Positions 23,594 through 32,000 of a stretch of 32,000 bases of DNA are shown here, piece by piece (the stretch's first letter is position 1; every line of letters begins with the position of its first letter). The notes under the pieces were generated by a model. It saw only the letters and a program-made list of their open reading frames with translations, was not told where the DNA came from and searched no databases. Both the position numbers and the translations under genes were made by a program. The DNA comes from Zygophlyctis sp. KS116 (lineage: Eukaryota > Fungi > Chytridiomycota), in the NCBI GenBank assembly GCA_054661495.1, contig BAAFSQ010000008.1, positions 1 to 32,000 on the forward strand, in the 5' to 3' direction.

Positions 23594-24325
23594 CTATTTT
23601 TTTGCAAAAGAAACTTTAATTTCTACTTCTGGACTTATCCTATATCCATGTAAAGTCTTTTTCGCAACTGCAGCTAATCTTTCATTCTCATACTCTACAA
23701 AAGCAATATCAGGTTTACCTGGAACCATTCGAACTTCTTTAAATCCATTAAACCTATAATATAAAAAAATAAAAAATAAATACTGTCTAAATAGCGCTTC
23801 TACAAAGTCTTGAGATGTATCTAATGGCAAATGTTGAACAAAAAGAATAGAATTAGGATGTGCCATTGATTCTTCCATTGATTTAATTCTTTTTTCTTTT
23901 GGACCTCTTGAAGCTCTGACTTGATCTCTTTTTCTTTTATGTTCTTCTAAAGCTCCAAATTCTTTAGAAACTGCAAAAGACTCTTCTCTTGCATACTGAA
24001 TATCCAATTTTTTACCAAATAGATCATAACCTTGCAATTCCTTGATGACTTTATCAGCTAATTCTTGAGTAGCAAAAGATATAAACGCTTGTCCTCTATG
24101 TGGTATATTTCTCTTTGCTTTGATATCTAGTACTTTTCCAACTGTAGAAAATAGACTTTCTAGAGCCTTGTTCATTTCTAATTTTTTAAATTTGAAAAAG
24201 TTACTTTTTGGATTAACTTGTTCATTTAGATTTCGAACATAGAGAGTTAACGTAGGTGTTGTTGGAGGAGGGGCTCTGGGTCTTCTAACTCCAATAGGAA
24301 ATGGGAGAGGAGGAGGATACTGCAT
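23594..24325 (-). CDS. U1A/U2B'' (SNF-family) snRNP protein with two RRMs, 2 in-frame introns
   Basis: TLYVRNLNE, LF...GKVLDI.A.....RGQAFISF, LDIQYA, PNSILFVQHLP, GFKEVRMVPGKPDIAFVEYE, IKVSFAKK. Introns at 24178-24204 and 23754-23783. Confidence 0.92.
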   Translation of the reverse strand: MQYPPPLPFPIGVRRPRAPPPTTPTLTLYVRNLNEQVNPKSNFFKFKKLEMNKALESLFSTVGKVLDIKAKRNIPHRGQAFISFATQELADKVIKELQGYDLFGKKLDIQYAREESFAVSKEFGALEEHKRKRDQVRASRGPKEKRIKSMEESMAHPNSILFVQHLPLDTSQDFVEALFRQYLFFIFLYYRFNGFKEVRMVPGKPDIAFVEYENERLAAVAKKTLHGYRISPEVEIKVSFAKK

Positions 24326-24498
24326 TTGAATTTGAATTTATCCAACGATTGCAATTTCTTACAGTAGGGCTTCAAGTTTACTAGGTTTTGTAGTTTACAA
24401 TCTTTACTGAAGGGTTTATCAATCACATTATTAGGTTTATCATGCTGCTTACAACACTAGCTAGAGAATTTGCGTGTATAAATGGAAAGCCAAGCTAT

Positions 24499-24566
24499 AT
24501 CACGTCATTTTTAGGCGATTGCATTTTAAGCGATCACGTCATTTTTAGGCGATTGCATTTAAAGCG
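24499..24566. repeat. 34-bp tandem duplication upstream of SAM synthetase, each copy with TCACGTCA
   Basis: atcacgtcatttttaggcgattgcattttaagcg / atcacgtcatttttaggcgattgcatttaaagcg (1 mismatch), ending 29 nt before the ATG. Confidence 0.9.
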
Positions 24567-24595
24567 CTAGGTTTTTCATAAAAAATAATTGAAAA

Positions 24596-25842
24596 ATGAC
24601 CACGTTTTCGCAAGAGGGAGAAACTTTTCTGTTTAGTTCAGAGTCTGTTGGGGAAGGACATCCAGACAAGATCTGTGATCAGGTCTCTGATGCGATCTTG
24701 GACGCATGTCTGACTCAGGATAAGTTTTCTAGAGTTGCTTGTGAAACCGCGGCTAAAACTGGAATGATTATGGTCTTGGGAGAAATTTCTTCAAAGGCCA
24801 ATTTGGATTATCAGAAAATTATCAGAGATACAATTAAGAAAATTGGTTACGATGATTCAGCTAAAGGTAATTAGGAACAGTTTACGGTTTAGGTTTTGAT
24901 TATAAGACATGTAATGTTTTGGTTGCTATTGAACAACAATCCCCAGATATTGCAGGAGGTTTAGTTCAGCAAGGAGAAGATTTGGAAAAAATTGGTGCTG
25001 GAGATCAAGGGATCATGTTTGGTTATGCTGTGGATGAAACCCCCGAATTAATGCCTTTAACTATCATGCTGGCTCATCAATTAAATTCAAAGCTGGCTGA
25101 ATTACGTCGTTCTACTCTTACTTGGTTAAGAGCTGATACTAAAACTCAAGTGACTGTTGAATATAAAATTGTAAATGGTGTTCCAACTCCACAAAGAGTT
25201 CATACCATTGTTATATCTACTCAACATGCTCCAGAAATTACTCTTGCTTCATTGCAAAGAGAGTTGCTAGAAAAAGTTGTCAAGGTTTATTATCTTCATT
25301 TACAATTTAGGTTGTTATTCCTGCAAAATATTTGGATGAAAAAACTATTTACCATCTTAACCCCTCTGGAAGATTTGTAATCGGAGGTCCTCAAGGAGAT
25401 GCTGGTGTAACTGGTAGAAAAATCATTGTAGATACTTATGGTGGTTGGGGAGCTCATGGAGGTGGTGCGTTCTCAGGTAAAGATTGGTCAAAAGTTGATC
25501 GATCTGCTGCTTATGCTGCTCGATGGGTAGCAAAATCTATTGTTGCTGCAAAGTTGGCACGTAGATGTTTGATTCAAGTATCTTATGCAATTGGTGTTGC
25601 TGAACCATTATCTATTTTCATTGATACTTATGGAACTGGTATTAAATCCGATTCAGACTTGTTGAAAATAATTAATGAAAATTTTGATCTTCGTCCAGGT
25701 GTAATTGTTAAAGAATTAGATCTTTGGCGACCAATATATAGTGAAACTGCAGCTTACGGTAATTATATTTATATATAAAATTATAGGTCACTTTGGTAGA
25801 TCAATGTTTAGCTGGGAACAACCGAAAACGTTGAAATTTTAA
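24596..25842 (+). CDS. SAM2: S-adenosylmethionine synthetase, 3 introns
   Basis: [83 protein letters not shown]. Confidence 0.98.
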
Positions 25843-25893
25843 TTGATTAAAATACAAATTATCGTTTGAATTTTTCCTTTTAAAAGGGTTAAA

Positions 25894-27341
25894 ATGCTCA
25901 GACTTCTGAGAAAACCTCGTAATTTGATTTAGCGCTAAATACTAGTTTCTACTGTATCCATGACTAGAATAAAGGTTGCTAATCCTGTTGTTGAGGTGCG
26001 TTTTGTATTAGTTTTAACCGTTAGCTCGATGGCGACGAAATGACTAGAATATTGTAAGTTTAAAATACTAAAAACAGATGGGCCTGGATAAAGGAAAAGC
26101 TAATCATTCCTTTTGTAGATGTCGACATTAAATATTATGATTTGGGAATGGAGTCTAGAGATAAAACAAGGGATCAAATTACCATTGATGCAGCAGAGGC
26201 AATTAAAAAATATAATGTTGGTATTAAATGTGCTACAATCACTCCAGATGAAGCTCGTGTAAAAGGTAAAGTTTATATTTATTAACTGGAAGAATTTAAC
26301 TTGTCTTCCATGTGGAAGTCTCCAAATGGAACTATTCGTAATATTCTTAATGGAACGGTTTTCCGTGAACCCATTCTGTTGAAAAACGTTCCAAAAATAG
26401 TTCCTTCTTGGACCGAAGCTATTACGATTGGCAGACATGCGTTTGGTGATCAGTATAAAGCCACGGATTTTCTTGTTTCTGAACCTGGGACTTTCCAAGT
26501 AGTTTTTAAACCTGATTCTGGTGCAGCTCCCACTGTTTTAGATGTTTACAAGTTTGAGGTGAGATATCGATCTTTATTATTCAGGGCCCGGGTGTAGGAT
26601 TGGCAATGTACAATATTGATTCCTCTATTCGTGGTTTTGCGGAAGCTTGTTTTGAAATGGCACTATCAAAGAAGCAGCCATTATATCTTTCCACAAAGAA
26701 TACAATTTTGAAAAAGTATGATGGAAGATTCAAGGATATTTTTCAAGAAATTTATGCCAGGTAAATTTCTTTGAGTCATGTTTTAGTCGTTACGAGTCAA
26801 AGTTTAAAGAAGTAAAGATTTGGTATGAGCATAGACTAATTGATGATATGGTGGCTCAGGCTTTAAAATCAAGCGGTGGATTTGTTTGGGCCTGTAAAAA
26901 TTATGATGGGTAATTTAAATTTTTAATAAAAGGGATGTTCAATCGGACACTCTAGCACAAGGCTATGGTAGTTTAGGATTAATGACATCTGTTTTGATTT
27001 CTCCAGATGGTAAAACTTTGGAATCTGAGGCTGCTCATGGGACAGTCACCAGACATTATCGTGAACATCAAAAAGGAAATGAAACTAGTACAAACTCTAT
27101 TGCTAGTATTTTTGCTTGGACTCGTGGATTAGCACATCGTGCAAAGTTAGATAATTCTGAGGAACTAGCTGAATTTTGTCAAAAACTGGAAAATGCCTGT
27201 ATTGATACTGTTGAAAAAGACTCGATAATGACAAAGGATTTAGCACTTGCCATTCATGGAAAGAAGATGGAGCGTAAACATTATGTGAACTCATTAGAGT
27301 TTATTGATCATGTTGCAGCAAGACTAAAAGTATCAATATAA
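25894..27341 (+). CDS. IDP1: NADP-dependent isocitrate dehydrogenase with mitochondrial presequence, 7 introns
   Basis: NPVVE|[77 protein letters not shown]-like motif. Spliced start [19 protein letters not shown]. Confidence 0.96.
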
Positions 27342-27361
27342 GTGATTTCTTTGAGAAATAG

Positions 27362-27370
27362 ATGAGTCAT
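27362..27370. promoter_or_regulatory. AP-1/Gcn4(CpcA)-type site ATGAGTCAT upstream of HPPD
   Basis: Perfect ATGA(G/C)TCAT pseudo-palindrome 50 nt before the HPPD ATG, in a 79-nt spacer. Confidence 0.4.
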
Positions 27371-27420
27371 TTTGAAGCCTCTGAGTTTAGTGGAGTTTTG
27401 TGGCGCTTATTTGTCGTCAA

Positions 27421-28669
<1,249 letters not shown>

Positions 28670-28688
28670 AACGTTGAACTCTTTAATT

Positions 28689-29479
28689 TTATTCCTGACC
28701 TCTTTGTAACAAATATTCTACTTCCACTTCTTTTGTCAAGGGTATAATGATATCCTTGTATAATTTCTTTATGACTTCCAACGGTATCTTTAAACTATTT
28801 GAATCTACAAATAAAACACCTTGATTATTCACTATAACTTCTTGTCCATATATTAAAGCCTTTTGTTGTACTCTAACAAGCAAGGCCTCCTCAACTTTTG
28901 AGACTGTCAGCAACTCTAAAATTCCGTTTCTATCCTTTGCTTTAACCAAGGCCACATAAATATCATGAAGTTTTGGATCATTGTATTTAGCTTCTGCAAC
29001 AAACTTCCCAAAATGTATCCTCCTAGAAATTAGTTGCAATGCCTCGATATCTTTAGTAGCAGCTGATCCATAATTACCATCATCCCTATCAACCGTGATC
29101 ATTGGCAATATCTGATTTATATAGCAATCCTTAATTTTATCATTAATATTTATATCGTTTGGTTTTAGAATACTTGGAAATTCTAACGATGGTAATATCG
29201 GATCAGGTAATTTCAAATGTGAAAAGGGATATTCATCTGGCGAAGTATATCTTCTAAATTTAGCTATTGATCAGACTATAATCACTTACCATGAACTGCT
29301 TCAATCTCATTAATCAACAAATCCAGAAACGAAGTTTGAAAAGTATTTGGATTTGGCTGATAAACTGGTGAATTTAAAGCAAATTGAGCCCTTTCGATTA
29401 GAGCAAATATAATTGAATCTTCTAGTCTAATTAGCTCTGATCTGATTTTATCTAGCGAAGAGCCTGTAGTAAAGTTCAT
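28689..29479 (-). CDS. ARO7: Chorismate mutase (eukaryotic AroQ, Aro7 type), 1 intron
   Basis: LDKIRSELIRLEDSIIFALIERAQF, RRYTSPDEYPF, GNYGSAA..D...LQ.ISRRIHFGKFVAEAK, IIPLTKEVEVEYLLQR. Intron at 29264-29289. Confidence 0.95.
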
Positions 29480-29715
29480 TTGATGCGGTGCCACTTAAAC
29501 CCCAGTAAGTCAAGGCCTTGCAATTGCATAATCCTACTTTCAAAAGGAATTTAAGAATCCGGACAATCCCGATCAGCAATTTAAATGCTAATAATTCTAA
29601 TGCCCATAATCGTATTAATGATCATGACATACTCATGATAATACCAAAACTGAAAGACGATGCAAGTTTAGGCGGTTAAGTGAAGATTTGAAGATCAAAT
29701 TTGAAGACAAAAAAA

Positions 29716-31255
29716 ATGGTAAGTTGATACTTCATTGACTTTAATAGCTTCATGTACTAGTAGAGCTTGCTTCAGGCTATGCCCTCTTTGAGAAAAAAGC
29801 ATCAGAAGAAATTGCTAATGATCTAGATACTATCCAAATCTCAATTCTTGAACTCCAGAGATTCCAGTCAATGGTCAGTCTAAAATCTTTCATACCATTT
29901 AAGAATGCAGCTCATGCATTAGAGAATATGATGGATATTTCAGAAGGAATACTTAACCCTCATTTAAAAGCATTTTTGGAAATGAATTTACCTAAATCAG
30001 GAAAGAAATCCAAGGTTCAATTGGGAGTCTTTGAGCCTAATTTAGGCGGAGCTATCAAGGCTGAGATGGGTATCGATTGTGTATCCAATGAAGTTATCAA
30101 AGAATTGATGAGAGGGATTAGGTTACATGGTGATAAATTACTTAAACAATTGGTTTCCGGTGCGAATGAAAAGGCACAATTGGGTCTTGGACATTCATTC
30201 TCAAGAGCTAAAGTGAAGTTTAATGTTAACAGAGTTGATAACATGATTACTCAATCTATTGCATTATTAGATCAATTAGATAAGGATGTGAATACATTCT
30301 CAATGAGAGTTCGGTAATTTATTTTATTGTAAATTTTAGAGAATGGTACTCTTGGCACTTTCCAGAATTAGGAAAACTTGTTGCTGATAATGCAATTTTT
30401 GCTAGATTAGTCAAATTAATCAAAAACAAGGGAGATTTAAAGGACTCTAATTTAGGAGATATTGAAGAAATTACATCTGATCCCATTAAAGCTAAACAAA
30501 TTATTGATGCTTCAAAGTCATCAATGGGAACTGATTTATCAATTGTTGATATGATTAATATTGAACGTTTTGCAGATCGTGTTATATCATTAAACAATTA
30601 TAGAAAATCCCTTTATGGCTATTTAGTTAACAAGATGCATGCTGTTGCACCCAATGTTTCTGCATTAATTGGTGAAATTGTTGGAGCTAGATTGATTGCA
30701 CAAGCAGGATCATTAACAAATTTAGCAAAATATCCTGCATCAACAATACAAATTTTAGGAGCTGAAAAAGCCTTATTTAGAGCCTTAAAAACCAAGGGAA
30801 ATACTCCAAAATATGGATTAATCTATCATTCTACATTTATTGGAAGAGCTGCTACTAAAAACAAGGGTCGTATCTCTCGTATTTTAGCTAATAAGGTTTC
30901 TATTGCTTCTAGACTTGACTGTTTCCTTGAAACTCCTACATCTAAATTTGGAGAAATTTTAAGAGAACAATTAGAAGAAAGACTAGAATTCTATGAAACT
31001 GGAAAAGTCCCTAGAAAGAATATAGATGCAATGGCAAGTGCACTTTTGACTGTTGGAGTTCCCGTTGATGAAACAGAAGAACAAGTTGCTGTACCAGAAC
31101 CTACCAAGGAATCTAAAAAGGACAAGAAGAAGCGAAGTCATGATGATGAACCTGCTGCCGGTGAAGAAAAGAAAAAAAAGAAAAAGAAGGCTATTGAATC
31201 TACTGAATCTGTTGAAGAAAAGCCTAAAAAAACCAAATCTAAAAAGAAAAACTAG
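29716..31255 (+). CDS. NOP56: Box C/D snoRNP protein Nop56, 2 introns (first coding exon is ATG only)
   Basis: [71 protein letters not shown], Lys-rich tail. Confidence 0.97.
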
Positions 31256-31379
31256 ATGGATACTCTCGAGAATTTCTAGGAATTTGTTAAAAGTTTCTTG
31301 TAGTCTCTTGAAAAAGTCAAAAAAAATTTTATTTTTAGCGCAAACAAATTTTTCTTTTTCTTATCTATCGAGAATATCA

Positions 31380-32000
31380 ATGAATAGAGCAAAGGAATTG
31401 AGTCGGGAAATCTCAAATTTGGAAAAACTTGGGGAATTTTTTAAAGATTTAGGAGAAATTGAAAGAGACTACTCTAGAAAATTGAACAATTTGAGGAAAT
31501 ATAACTCAAATTTCCAGGATTTATTGGAATTTTGTTTGGAAAAATCATCAAATTCTTCAGAATTCTGTTTAGAAATTCAAGAAATTCTAAAATCCATTAA
31601 TTCTACTCTTGACAGAAAAGATCATTCCAAAAAAAATATTAATACTTGGCTTCAGAAAATAGAGTCTGAAAAGGATAAATTCAATTCAAATGTTGGAAAA
31701 GGAAAAGAAAACTTTGATAAATCTTGTGATTCTGTTCAACTGCTTCAGTTAAAATTGGGAAAAGTTGCATTGCCCAAACTACAAAAACTAAAAAAGGAAC
31801 TAAACTCTAAAATAATTGATATGAATAATGATAAAAATGACTATATAACTATGATAAAGGGAGTAAATTTAGTCAATCAAGAATTTAATGATAACTTTCA
31901 ACCCCAAATTTTAGAAAATATTCATGATTCAACAGAAACGGTTGTCAATGCTATCATCAAATCTTGTAAAGCTTTTCAGGAAAAACAGGCAAAGAACTAC
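31380..32000 (+). CDS. F-BAR (FCH) domain protein, Bzz1-like, truncated by the window end
   Basis: Frame open to the window end: LGEFFKDLGEIERDYSRKL (FCH motif) and IDMNNDKNDYITMIKGVN..FQPQILENI. Absent from the ORF track because there is no stop in the window. Confidence 0.7.
   Translation, partial: MNRAKELSREISNLEKLGEFFKDLGEIERDYSRKLNNLRKYNSNFQDLLEFCLEKSSNSSEFCLEIQEILKSINSTLDRKDHSKKNINTWLQKIESEKDKFNSNVGKGKENFDKSCDSVQLLQLKLGKVALPKLQKLKKELNSKIIDMNNDKNDYITMIKGVNLVNQEFNDNFQPQILENIHDSTETVVNAIIKSCKAFQEKQAKNY

Noticed and set aside
24348-24355. ATTGCAAT near the U1A/U2B'' start as an autoregulatory AUUGCAC-like site
   Set aside because: It mismatches the AUUGCAC/G consensus and no closing stem is evident.
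29560-29660. Possible box C/D snoRNA upstream of NOP56 (minus strand ATGATCA...CTGA)
   Set aside because: The box C is non-consensus, there is no terminal stem, and only a short AT-rich possible rRNA complement. It would need snoscan or Infernal support.

Overview
Very compact, AT-rich eukaryotic nuclear DNA, most likely from a zoosporic (chytrid-type) fungus. The inference rests on a flagellar basal-body gene (BBOF1/CCDC176) next to fungal-type genes (Rsc7/Swp82, Zds_C, ARO7-type chorismate mutase, Bzz1-like F-BAR). I reconstruct about 22 protein-coding genes. The ORF track is fragmented because they carry roughly 80 tiny GT-AG introns (hand count), almost all 23-33 nt. Gene order: BBOF1(+), CTF4/WDHD1(-), DCAF5-like WD40(-), F-box with dynein MTBD-like domain(-), Zds_C protein(-), Rsc7/Swp82(+), sugar porter(+), DRG2(-), P-type II ATPase(-), Ub-S27a(-), AMPK beta(+), Mtr3(+), organellar RF2(+), ThrRS(+), rhodanese(+), U1A/U2B''(-), SAM synthetase(+), NADP-IDH(+), HPPD(+), chorismate mutase(-), NOP56(+), F-BAR partial(+). 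Most interesting: (1) an intronless F-box protein fused to what looks like a stand-alone dynein stalk/microtubule-binding domain; (2) a bacterial-type RF2 (SPF + GGQ) with a mitochondrial presequence, which would suit the UAG=Leu mitochondrial code known in some chytrids; (3) the micro-intron architecture, including a 10-nt microexon, presequence-switch introns, stop-free 3n introns in U1A/U2B'' and an ATG-TAA 5'UTR intron; (4) co-oriented gene runs with spacers of only 46-79 nt. All family assignments come from recalled motifs; no searches were run.
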